From a virus, in IMG/VR virus record IMGVR_UViG_3300003324_000465, positions 1 through 64,000 of that record: a stretch of 64,000 nucleotides of DNA, one strand, 5' to 3'. The notes beneath the pieces were generated by a model. The model was not told the origin of the DNA. It saw only the letters and a list, made by a program, of their open reading frames with translations, and did not search any database. The stretch's first letter is position 1, and each line of letters starts with the position of its first letter. This document shows positions 8,478-17,277 of this stretch, one piece after another. Position numbers and translations under genes: made by a program.

Positions 8478-9192
8478 TCTCTATCATGAAGATAATCTAA
8501 CTGTATTACCAAGACTAGCAACAAATAGTATTCAACTTATTTATTCTGATATACTGTTTGGCACGAATAAAGATTTCCATGATTATAGTGATAAAATCGA
8601 TATTGAGCGTTTTTATATACCAAGATTTGTTGAAATGCGGCGTGTATTATCTAACACTGGCTTACTCTATATTCATACAGATACTACAAATGGGCATTAT
8701 ATAAAAGTAATACTTGATCAAATATTTGGGCGCGCACAATTTAGAAATGAAATAATATGGTATTTTAATAGTAGTCCAAGAAGGAAAAAAGACTTTGGGA
8801 AAAGACATCATACTATTTTTAGATATTCTAAAAGCGATGATTATGTGTTTTATCCTATAAGAGTACCATATTCCAAGAGCGCGCCTCGTGGATATGCAAA
8901 AGAACAGTATTATCATCCTGATGGTAAAGTTATGGATGATGTATGGATCATTAACAGTTTAGGTCAAAACGATAAGCATGAACGTACAGGATATGCAACG
9001 CAAAAACCAGTAGCACTCTTAGATTATATTATATGCAGTTCAAGCAAAGAAGGTGATACAGTTGCGGATTTCTTTTTAGGTTCAGGTACAACGGCAGTAT
9101 CAGCATTAAAAAATGGGCGCATATTTATAGGTGTGGATATAAATGAGCGTGCTATACAAATAACAAAAGAAAGAATAAAACAATATTATTAA
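8470..9192 (+). CDS. N6A/N4C DNA methyltransferase (beta class)
   Basis: IYSDILF, NEIIW, YATQKP and DFFLGSGTT. Confidence 0.9.
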   Translation: MIDLYHEDNLTVLPRLATNSIQLIYSDILFGTNKDFHDYSDKIDIERFYIPRFVEMRRVLSNTGLLYIHTDTTNGHYIKVILDQIFGRAQFRNEIIWYFNSSPRRKKDFGKRHHTIFRYSKSDDYVFYPIRVPYSKSAPRGYAKEQYYHPDGKVMDDVWIINSLGQNDKHERTGYATQKPVALLDYIICSSSKEGDTVADFFLGSGTTAVSALKNGRIFIGVDINERAIQITKERIKQYY

Positions 9193-9219
9193 GCACTAAT
9201 CATAGGAAAGATATAACAT

Positions 9220-9471
9220 ATGACTAAATTATATGTCTTTGAAGGACAAACACCAGATTGTGAATATGATCTTATTGTTGCTGTTAGTTTAGAAAAGGCG
9301 CTAGAATACCATGCTACAGAACATATAGGTACAACATCCGAACTTACATATTTTAAAGGACAGACATTTATCAAATATACAATTGCATCTAAAGGTTCGG
9401 ATGGTAGGATATACTACGGTACGTGGAGCTATGGAATTAAAGAATATTTTATAAAAGAAGGTATTTTATGA
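9220..9471 (+). CDS. hypothetical protein
   Basis: KLYVF...AVSLEKA family. Confidence 0.6.
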   Translation: MTKLYVFEGQTPDCEYDLIVAVSLEKALEYHATEHIGTTSELTYFKGQTFIKYTIASKGSDGRIYYGTWSYGIKEYFIKEGIL

Positions 9472-9767
9472 ATAAATTATGGTCTTTTGATGCTGATTTT
9501 GGGAGACATGGATATTTATCTGGATTATTTATTGCTACCGATGAAGAAATAACTAAATTACAAGACGGATATGTTAATTTTGGTGAAGTGTTAGGCAAGC
9601 ATTCAGAAGTATTGATTGATAATTTTAACATTAAAGATTTTATTACATGCGTGACTGATGATCAACAATTGATTGATCGCCTAGAAAAAGCATTTGGTAG
9701 TAAGACTCTATCAGGATATAATCCATTAGGCTATATCCGCGGACAAGAAGAAGAGGATGAAGAATAA
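9468..9767 (+). CDS. conserved phage hypothetical protein
   Basis: GRHGxLxGLFIA, FGEVLGKHSEV and SGYNPL pattern. Confidence 0.75.
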   Translation: MNKLWSFDADFGRHGYLSGLFIATDEEITKLQDGYVNFGEVLGKHSEVLIDNFNIKDFITCVTDDQQLIDRLEKAFGSKTLSGYNPLGYIRGQEEEDEE

Positions 9768-10438
9768 TGCTAGGTATTATTCCAGCAGCAGGATCAGCCA
9801 AACGCTTTAATGGTAAATATAAAGAATTTTTACGTCTTCACAATGGAGCATATTTACTTGATAATGCGTTTTTGACATTAGATCATTTTGGAGCGAGCAA
9901 TTATATACTGATAAGTAACGCAGAAAAAATACATAAACACGCCACACACCTTGAATTATTTGCACGCAAATATATACCACATACGAAAATTATGTTACAG
10001 CAAGATTATACAGATATGTGGCAAGCTATACGGCTAACTTTACCATATAATGATGTATATAATATGCTTGTATTACCCGATACGTATTGGACAGCACCAC
10101 ATGTAGATCATAGTATGCTGTATCAAGATATTATTTTTGGTATATTTACAACGTATACACCTGAACGATTTAGCGTTATTTTCAAAGATACGATTGTAAC
10201 AAAATCTGAAGAATTACAAGATACTGGTGTCTATTCTGCATGGGGTGCAGTTATATGGTCTGATTACGTTACTGATTTCTGGTTAAAACAAGAGTCACTT
10301 CTAGGTGCATATGCTACATATGATGATGCTTTTAGAGATGCTATACATCAGTTCGGCTATAGTACATTTCCTATAAATCAGTATTACGACTTTGCATCGC
10401 AAGAAGCTTATGATCAATTCTTGACAAACAATCACTAG
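9767..10438 (+). CDS. sugar-phosphate nucleotidyltransferase (NTP_transferase family)
   Basis: GIIPAAGSAKRF...KEFL N-terminal signature and LPDT. Confidence 0.8.
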   Translation: MLGIIPAAGSAKRFNGKYKEFLRLHNGAYLLDNAFLTLDHFGASNYILISNAEKIHKHATHLELFARKYIPHTKIMLQQDYTDMWQAIRLTLPYNDVYNMLVLPDTYWTAPHVDHSMLYQDIIFGIFTTYTPERFSVIFKDTIVTKSEELQDTGVYSAWGAVIWSDYVTDFWLKQESLLGAYATYDDAFRDAIHQFGYSTFPINQYYDFASQEAYDQFLTNNH

Positions 10439-10449
10439 AACTGTATACT
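10421..10449 (+). promoter_or_regulatory. sigma70-type promoter
   Basis: TTGACA-17 bp-TATACT. Confidence 0.7.
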
Positions 10450-10492
10450 ACATGACAATGAATATTGTTTAGAAAGTAGAAAGAAGTTAAAA

Positions 10493-11131
10493 GTGGTTAC
10501 AGTTCTAACAGGTGATTTAACATTACAATGGTATGATGCTGCGGTACAGTCAGGGATTGTAGGAGTTGATATTGAAACAAGCGGGCTAGATAAGCTCAAA
10601 GATAAAATAGCATGTATTCAATTATCCATTGTAAATTACGGCAATGTTATAGTTCGGTTTCCAAATGTGTACCCTACACATCTACTAGCGTTATTAGAAA
10701 ATGCAAAGATAAAAAAGATTTTTCACCTTGCAACTTTTGATCTTAATTTTTTAATGCGTGATTATAATACAATTTGGCCGCAAAACATAGCAGATACAAT
10801 AATAGCAGCAAAATTACTTGATCCGAAAAAACAATTATTTGTACATCCTATTACAGGGCGTCCTAGTCACTCACTTGCTGCTCTGGTATGGCATTACAAA
10901 GAGGTAATTTTGAACAAAGAGCTTGCCGTAAGCAATTGGTTTACTAAAAAATTAACCAAAAAACAACTTGACTATGCTGTACAGGATGTGGTATACTTAC
11001 CTTATATTTTAGAGCAGCTAGAAAAATCCTTACCGCCCTACAAGCAAATGTTAGCGCATGAGGCATTTAATAATTTACCGGCATATGTAGCACTAGAACA
11101 AATTGGTATAAAAAATATTTATGGCTATTAA
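10493..11131 (+). CDS. stand-alone DEDDy 3'-5' exonuclease (RNase D / PolA-exo family)
   Basis: DIETSG, FHLATFD, DT and QLDYAVQDV. Confidence 0.9.
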   Translation: MVTVLTGDLTLQWYDAAVQSGIVGVDIETSGLDKLKDKIACIQLSIVNYGNVIVRFPNVYPTHLLALLENAKIKKIFHLATFDLNFLMRDYNTIWPQNIADTIIAAKLLDPKKQLFVHPITGRPSHSLAALVWHYKEVILNKELAVSNWFTKKLTKKQLDYAVQDVVYLPYILEQLEKSLPPYKQMLAHEAFNNLPAYVALEQIGIKNIYGY

Positions 11132-11453
11132 ATCAGGTTTCGTGTATGCCATAAGTAATAACCGCGGGCAGATTAAATTAGGAAAAACCATAAATATAGA
11201 GCAGCGTAAGAGATCGTTACAAACAGGCAACGTTGATAAGCTTAAAATGCTCTATACGCTTCATGTATCTGATATACATAAAGCAGAACGTTCACTTCAT
11301 GCGTTGTTTGCTGTCTATAGAAAACATGGAGAATGGTTTGAGCTAGATAAGAAAGGCTGTGAACTATTAAAAGAAGTATTCGATGTAACAATTACTACAG
11401 ATGCGCGCTGGAATAGTATGTATCACTTAGGGTTAAGAAAGGAACGAAAATGA
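11121..11453 (+). CDS. GIY-YIG / T5orf172-family nuclease
   Basis: GFVY, IKLGKT, RxRSLQTGN, ERSLH and GEWF. Confidence 0.85.
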   Translation: MAIKSGFVYAISNNRGQIKLGKTINIEQRKRSLQTGNVDKLKMLYTLHVSDIHKAERSLHALFAVYRKHGEWFELDKKGCELLKEVFDVTITTDARWNSMYHLGLRKERK

Positions 11454-11623
11454 ATGATCATGAATTATGTGTTATCTTAAACACAATGGATATTCCAGAG
11501 AATCGCAAAGATATTACAAACAAAGCAAATATACAATGGTTATTACGTAATATATCAATTCGCAATTTTGGGCATGCTAAATTAAATAATGTTATCGAAG
11601 AACTGAAAGGCCGGATGAAATGA
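11450..11623 (+). CDS. small hypothetical protein (57 aa, not in ORF track)
   Basis: AAAGGA RBS, ATGA overlaps at both ends. Confidence 0.6.
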   Translation: MNDHELCVILNTMDIPENRKDITNKANIQWLLRNISIRNFGHAKLNNVIEELKGRMK

Positions 11624-12927
11624 GCTATAGCGCATATATTGCAAGGTTACAGAATATCCGTAAACATCCAAATGCTGATCGCCTTATGTTGGCAGATGTG
11701 ATGGGTTATCAAGTTGTTATTGGATTGGATCATTTTGAAGGTGAGAAAGGAGTTTTCTTTCCCGCTGATGGTCAACTTAGTGAAGCTTTTGCAAAAGCAA
11801 ATGATCTGATTGGTTACATTGATCCCGCTACTGGCGAGCGTAAAGGTGGATTTTTTGATGAAAAGCGTAAGGTAAAAGCGCAGAAGTTTCGCGGTGTTAA
11901 AAGTGAGGGTTTCTGGATGCCTTTGTCTGCATTGGATTCATTTATTGATTTTTTGCAGCTAAATACATTTTCTTTGCCTTCAGAATACGATTACAAAGAA
12001 GGTGAAGCCATTACTGATGTCATGGGCAATGAAATTTGCCGTAGATATGAGACAGAAGAAACACGTAAAGCAGCGGCACAAAATAAACAAGGCACACGAG
12101 CAGAAACACGTTTCTTTCCAAAGCATTTAGAAACAGGACAATTTCTTATCGAAGCATCTAATATACCAATAGGATCACGTATTATTCTATCTGAAAAGCT
12201 TCATGGTACTTCTCATAGAGAAGGTAAAACATGGATAGATGTTTCATTACCATGGTATAAACGATTTGTTAATTGGATAATGCGCCGCGATTATTATCCA
12301 AAGAAGCAATTAGCGCATTTGATCGGTACTCGCAACACAACATTATCAGAAACATCAAAAGACTATCATGGAGACAAGTCATTTCGTTACAAAGCGGCAC
12401 AATCTCATATGCCATTAAATGACGGTGAATTGCTTTACGGTGAGATTGTAGGGTATACTTCTAATGGACAGCTTATTATGCCCGCGCATAATAATGCCAA
12501 GACAAAAGATAAAGAAGTAACAAAACAGTATGGTACTGAAATGCGTTATACCTATGGTACGCAAAAAGGCGAATCAAGGCTCTATGCGTATCGTATAGCA
12601 GTAATGAACGAGCAGGGACTTGCACGCGAATTGTCATATGATGAATTTGTACAACGTGCGCAAGAATTAGGCGTTAGAACCGTACCTGTTATTGCTAACT
12701 TTACATATGATGGTAATATTGAATCTCTAACATCACAGATACCATTATTAGCAGATGGACATTCTGTACTAGATCCTAATCATATTATGGAAGGCGTTGT
12801 ACTGCGTATTGAAACACCTAATAATGGGCGTATCTATTTTCTAAAATACAAATCTTTCTTATTCCGCGTGCTGGAAGGTATTGCAAAAGAAGATGATACC
12901 TATGTAGATACAGAGGAAGCAAATTAA
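11620..12927 (+). CDS. RNA ligase, Rnl2/DRB0094-like
   Basis: HPNADRL N-terminus, motif I EKLHGT, YGE, EGVV and LKYKS. Confidence 0.9.
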   Translation: MSYSAYIARLQNIRKHPNADRLMLADVMGYQVVIGLDHFEGEKGVFFPADGQLSEAFAKANDLIGYIDPATGERKGGFFDEKRKVKAQKFRGVKSEGFWMPLSALDSFIDFLQLNTFSLPSEYDYKEGEAITDVMGNEICRRYETEETRKAAAQNKQGTRAETRFFPKHLETGQFLIEASNIPIGSRIILSEKLHGTSHREGKTWIDVSLPWYKRFVNWIMRRDYYPKKQLAHLIGTRNTTLSETSKDYHGDKSFRYKAAQSHMPLNDGELLYGEIVGYTSNGQLIMPAHNNAKTKDKEVTKQYGTEMRYTYGTQKGESRLYAYRIAVMNEQGLARELSYDEFVQRAQELGVRTVPVIANFTYDGNIESLTSQIPLLADGHSVLDPNHIMEGVVLRIETPNNGRIYFLKYKSFLFRVLEGIAKEDDTYVDTEEAN

Positions 12928-13116
12928 ATGTGTCAATATTGTACTCCTATGCAATGCTACACATGCGGATCATTGCTGTGTGAGGAATGCTATCAATGCG
13001 CAAGTGAAGGGCACAATAAAGAATGTAGCCGCTATATCAGACCAGAAGTAATAGCATTTTTAGAAAAAAGTCTAAAAGAACGTCCTGATATATGGCGTAT
13101 ATTAGCAGAATTGTAA
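12928..13116 (+). CDS. small Cys-rich zinc-finger protein
   Basis: multiple CxxC pairs. Confidence 0.6.
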   Translation: MCQYCTPMQCYTCGSLLCEECYQCASEGHNKECSRYIRPEVIAFLEKSLKERPDIWRILAEL

Positions 13117-13160
13117 GAGGGGTGCATAATAAAAGCCCCGCATTATAAAAAGAATATTAA

Positions 13161-13190
13161 GAAACAGCCTTTACCAAAGGGCTGTTTTTC
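13161..13190 (+). terminator. intrinsic terminator
   Basis: AAACAGCCTTT-ACC-AAAGGGCTGTTT followed by Ts. Confidence 0.8.
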
Positions 13191-13213
13191 TGTTACATGA
13201 AAGGAAATAAACC

Positions 13214-13846
13214 ATGGATATAGGTTATATTATTAGCTCTAATATACGTTATCAGAAACCATTAGAAAAACTGTTAAATTCAATGATCTCTTATGGCGTT
13301 AAGCCAGCTAATATCTTTGTTGCAGTAGGGGGATCAGAAGTAGATAGAACAGTAATAGATGGTAGGTGGTATGAAAGATCACATAACTCGTTTGATTATA
13401 CTGGCCTTATTGAACTTATCTTGCATACACCTGATTTTCCTGAATATATTATGACATTACAAGATACAACAGAATTTACGGAACATACGCATGATTTGAT
13501 TCTTAATGGCATTAACGTAGAAAATGACGGTACAGCAGTATACGGCGGGCAATGTAATCTTGTTGTGTATCGTTACTCTTATTTATTGGAACAACGTGAT
13601 TATATTTTATCTCATCGTGATATGAGTAAACTGCATTCTATTCAGACAGAGGGCGAGTTATGGCGTATGATTCCAGATAATAAGCGTGGGCATTATAACA
13701 ATAGTACGATGGATGTATTATCGTATGAGTTTTATCCATATGGTACTGGTATTCCTAGAATTGTAGAACGCTATAATGCAATTCAGCTACTTAAATATAA
13801 AGCCAATTATGGACAGAGTATGCATGCATTAATAACAGAGGCATAA
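13214..13846 (+). CDS. glycosyltransferase-like (GT-A fold?) protein
   Basis: IGYIISS N-terminus, LQDT motif; adjacent to a GT2 gene. Confidence 0.45.
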   Translation: MDIGYIISSNIRYQKPLEKLLNSMISYGVKPANIFVAVGGSEVDRTVIDGRWYERSHNSFDYTGLIELILHTPDFPEYIMTLQDTTEFTEHTHDLILNGINVENDGTAVYGGQCNLVVYRYSYLLEQRDYILSHRDMSKLHSIQTEGELWRMIPDNKRGHYNNSTMDVLSYEFYPYGTGIPRIVERYNAIQLLKYKANYGQSMHALITEA

Positions 13847-14521
13847 ATGAATAAAATACGTTATTGTATTCCTACACTTAATAGATTTGACCATTTACAA
13901 AAAGCGGTTATAGCCGCTAATACTGGTACACAAAAACCTGATGAAATTATCATTATTGATAATAGTGGTAATGGAGGGTCAATACCAGTTATGCAACCAT
14001 TATTACAACGCTATATGAATATTTATATTCTGCCGCAAACATATAATTTAGGTGTATCTAAGTCCTGGAATACATTTATGACCATGTATCCTGATGATAT
14101 GGTTATTATCGCAAATGATGATGTATTTGTACATACGCATGCTATTGAAAATATGGTAAGAGAGCGTCGATTTACTAGCGATACTACCATATTAACCGGA
14201 GCAAGTAATTCAGGAAACATGTTTTCATTATTTACTATAACACATAAAGCATTTGAGCATATAGGTCTGTTTGATGAGAAATTTTATCCCGGCTATTATG
14301 AAGATAATGATTATGCGCGAAGGGCTCTTTTGTTAGGGTATAAGCTTGTAGCATTAGATAATGTAACATATGACCATATTGGAAGTGCTACTATAGCCGC
14401 ATATGATGAGCAAAGAAAGCGAGATCATCATAGTGAATTTAGTAGATTAGGACAATATTATAGAGATAAATGGGGTGGTATGCCGGGACAGGAAGTATAC
14501 ACAATTCCATTTAATAAATAA
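13847..14521 (+). CDS. family 2 glycosyltransferase
   Basis: IPTLNR, IIDNS, NLGVSKSWN, NDD, GLFDE and YEDND. Confidence 0.9.
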   Translation: MNKIRYCIPTLNRFDHLQKAVIAANTGTQKPDEIIIIDNSGNGGSIPVMQPLLQRYMNIYILPQTYNLGVSKSWNTFMTMYPDDMVIIANDDVFVHTHAIENMVRERRFTSDTTILTGASNSGNMFSLFTITHKAFEHIGLFDEKFYPGYYEDNDYARRALLLGYKLVALDNVTYDHIGSATIAAYDEQRKRDHHSEFSRLGQYYRDKWGGMPGQEVYTIPFNK

Positions 14522-14537
14522 ATAAAGGAAATAAAAT

Positions 14538-15182
14538 ATGCAACGTTTAAGGGATTTATACATTAAACTTAAATCTCAGAAAACACCCTTAACCCTTGCA
14601 GTTGTTGCACAAGCGTCCACAATTGCGATATGGATGACGCAAGAAGGACGTACAGGCTTCCCCGTACTGAATCTGGTTATAGCAAGTATAGCAGCATTTA
14701 GCATCGATCTTATTATCGTATCTACAGCTTTTTCAGAAAAGCGTAGTATTGCTGCCTGGATTCTTGCTTTAGCAACTTCTACAATTGCACTCGTGTTTTC
14801 AGCACTCATCGCTGTATACCTTTTTAGTCAAGACGGTACTATAACTCCATGGAATGTGTTACATGCCGCTTTTCCTATTCTCGTATACTTTTATAGCTGG
14901 TTTTTGTCTATCACCCTCCATGACAGAGAACAACACATGTTACACACCGAACAAAAGCTAAAAGAAGAAAAAGAGCTTAAAAGATTGCGCGATTTAGAAC
15001 GCATTCCGCATAATATACAAGAATATCGTATCAGTATTATTCGTAAGCTCATGAATAAGCAAATGAATGCTTCACAAATATATGATATTGTTGGAGGTAT
15101 GCGCGCTAAAGTATTGGAACAAATAAGAGAAATTCAGCAAGAATTGGGAATAAGTGATACAGATGATGTAGAACCAGCGTAG
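14538..15182 (+). CDS. 4-TM membrane protein with coiled coil and C-terminal HTH (DUF2637/Spd-like)
   Basis: four hydrophobic helices, LHAAFP, charged coiled coil, NASQIYDIVGGMRAKV HTH-like end. Confidence 0.6.
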   Translation: MQRLRDLYIKLKSQKTPLTLAVVAQASTIAIWMTQEGRTGFPVLNLVIASIAAFSIDLIIVSTAFSEKRSIAAWILALATSTIALVFSALIAVYLFSQDGTITPWNVLHAAFPILVYFYSWFLSITLHDREQHMLHTEQKLKEEKELKRLRDLERIPHNIQEYRISIIRKLMNKQMNASQIYDIVGGMRAKVLEQIREIQQELGISDTDDVEPA

Positions 15183-15189
15183 TATAATA

Positions 15190-15344
15190 TAGTACCACGA
15201 TAGTACCATGTAGTACATAGCGCGTACTATTTAGTACACAGGATTGATAATAGAAATGATAATTATCAAATCATTATCAATGTATCACTTCTATTATCAA
15301 ATTATCAATAAAACAGTACATATATAACATTGATAATTTGATAA
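15190..15344. repeat. array of phased TAGTAC and ATTATCAA repeats
   Basis: TAGTAC at 15190, 15201, 15211, 15232; ATTATCAA at 15262, 15273, 15293, 15301; inverted copies at 15244 and 15330. Confidence 0.85.
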
Positions 15345-15356
15345 GAAAGGTCATAC

Positions 15357-16577
15357 ATGCGTAAAGAAATACTACGATTGTATGCTATGGGCATTATTGT
15401 AACTATACTTGCACTATCTATTCCTGAAGTACAATTTCATATGCAAGCCGTTATGTATTCATCAGAAGCAAAATCAGTTATAACAGCAGTACAAAACAGT
15501 AGTGATTATTACGTAGATAAATCTGCACAGGCATTACAAGCTCTTATTCAATATATAAAGCCCGCAGATACTATCTATATAAATGGACGATCAATCGGAG
15601 CTATAGATACTACTAACGACTTCTCATTAAATCATGGGCAAAGTATTTCAGTAGAGCAATGTGAATCTATACTTGCATCATATAAATCACCCGCTGAAGG
15701 TACATGTAGTGATGCTATAGAATATGCGCAAAAACACAATATAGATTTTGCTTATGTGCTTTACATGTTCATAAAAGAATCAAGTGCAGGTATGAATAAA
15801 AATTGGGCGGGTATTAAACCAGATGGAAATACAACACATAATACAGGTAATATCATATGTGCAGGATATATAACATGTTTTGGTAGATTCCGTGATTATA
15901 CTTCATGGGATGAGGGATGGAAAGATCATATTGATCTCTTAGTAAATTACCGCGATTCACAAGGTGATAAAACCTTAGAAGAAGCTATAAATCGATGGGC
16001 ACCGCCTATCGAAAATGATACAAATGCCTATTATCAAGAAGGTGTAAAACAAATAACAAGTTGGCGTGAAATAAATACCCGCGCCAATATACCTATTACA
16101 CCTTCTGATATAAAACCTATAACAAAAAACATGGTACTACTAAGTGATTTTTATGCTAAAGGTATAGTATGGTGCTTTCAAGACGGGAGATGTCCAAAAG
16201 ATAAATATGGTAATCCACTAGGAGAAGGTCAACATTTTGGCGATGATTTTAAACTAGAAGTTGGTGAACCTGTATATGCTCCGGTAAATGGTACCTTTAT
16301 TAGTTGCGGCGCATATTCTGATCCTGCTAGAATAGGTGAGTATATTATATATTTAACATATGATAACTATGAGTTTTATAGTGGTCATTTGGCAAACTCT
16401 ATAGTATTCTGTCAAAAGAACGTAGGCGATCCGGTCATAGCAGGTGAGATAGTAGGTTATGGTAATGCGAATGTGGCGGGACCGCATACACATATACAAT
16501 TACGTAAAGATGGACAATTATTAGATTATATGCAGTATTATAATGAAAGGATACAAAATGATAAAGGAAGAAAATAA
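15357..16577 (+). CDS. membrane-anchored peptidoglycan hydrolase: glucosaminidase/lysozyme-like + M23 peptidase
   Basis: N-terminal TM; KESSAG..HNTGNI..YTSWDEG..WAPPIEND; M23 motifs HFGDD and GPHTH. Confidence 0.85.
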   Translation: MRKEILRLYAMGIIVTILALSIPEVQFHMQAVMYSSEAKSVITAVQNSSDYYVDKSAQALQALIQYIKPADTIYINGRSIGAIDTTNDFSLNHGQSISVEQCESILASYKSPAEGTCSDAIEYAQKHNIDFAYVLYMFIKESSAGMNKNWAGIKPDGNTTHNTGNIICAGYITCFGRFRDYTSWDEGWKDHIDLLVNYRDSQGDKTLEEAINRWAPPIENDTNAYYQEGVKQITSWREINTRANIPITPSDIKPITKNMVLLSDFYAKGIVWCFQDGRCPKDKYGNPLGEGQHFGDDFKLEVGEPVYAPVNGTFISCGAYSDPARIGEYIIYLTYDNYEFYSGHLANSIVFCQKNVGDPVIAGEIVGYGNANVAGPHTHIQLRKDGQLLDYMQYYNERIQNDKGRK

Positions 16578-17274
16578 AGGATGGCTTCATGCATTTTTCG
16601 ATACTATAGATATTGCTAGAAATATGTCAGAAGTAGAAAATGATGTAATCGAAGGTCCTTCTGGTGGAGGTGCTTTACTCTACGCGGTCGCTATGTTTGT
16701 TATGGCAGCAGTTACAGGAACATTGGCATATGTATTTGATCTTCAATCAACATGGGATGGTATGAATGCATTAACAATATTCATTATCCCGCAATTACCA
16801 GAATCACAAATACAAATATCGCAATGGCTTGGTTTAATCTTTACTATTGCTCCTACATTTACTCAAGCGTTCTCTGCTGGTTTAGCAAAAAGAAAGATAC
16901 CATTAGTGAAATGGATGGTTGTTGGTTTCACAATGTTTGATGTTGTAACTGATATTCCTAGAGCAATGTCATGGACATTAACATTACAGGCACAATTCAA
17001 TCAACTAGGTTTATTTGCATGGTTTGCACAGACAACATTTTTTGTTATGTGGCTGTTCCTGTCTACAATCGGATTTGAATTACTATTTGTTATCTTTTTC
17101 TGGGCGGGATTGTTATACACCGCTAAAGCTCTTGGGTATGAAAAGGCAACAAAACTATATAACACTATGCCTAAACTTAGCAATAACAATAAACATAGTA
17201 AACAGCCTAGCGTCAATACCACAAATATTCAAGATTTATTAAATAAAGCAAAAAATAACGAATCAGAAAGGTAA
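16543..17274 (+). CDS. polytopic membrane protein
   Basis: about 5 hydrophobic helices. Confidence 0.75.
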   Translation: MKGYKMIKEENKGWLHAFFDTIDIARNMSEVENDVIEGPSGGGALLYAVAMFVMAAVTGTLAYVFDLQSTWDGMNALTIFIIPQLPESQIQISQWLGLIFTIAPTFTQAFSAGLAKRKIPLVKWMVVGFTMFDVVTDIPRAMSWTLTLQAQFNQLGLFAWFAQTTFFVMWLFLSTIGFELLFVIFFWAGLLYTAKALGYEKATKLYNTMPKLSNNNKHSKQPSVNTTNIQDLLNKAKNNESER

Positions 17275-17277
17275 ACT

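Noticed and set aside
15190-15344. Possible CRISPR array
   Set aside because: Repeats are only 6-8 bp with no unique 30-40 bp spacers; no cas operon, and the 44877 nuclease is a typical phage exonuclease
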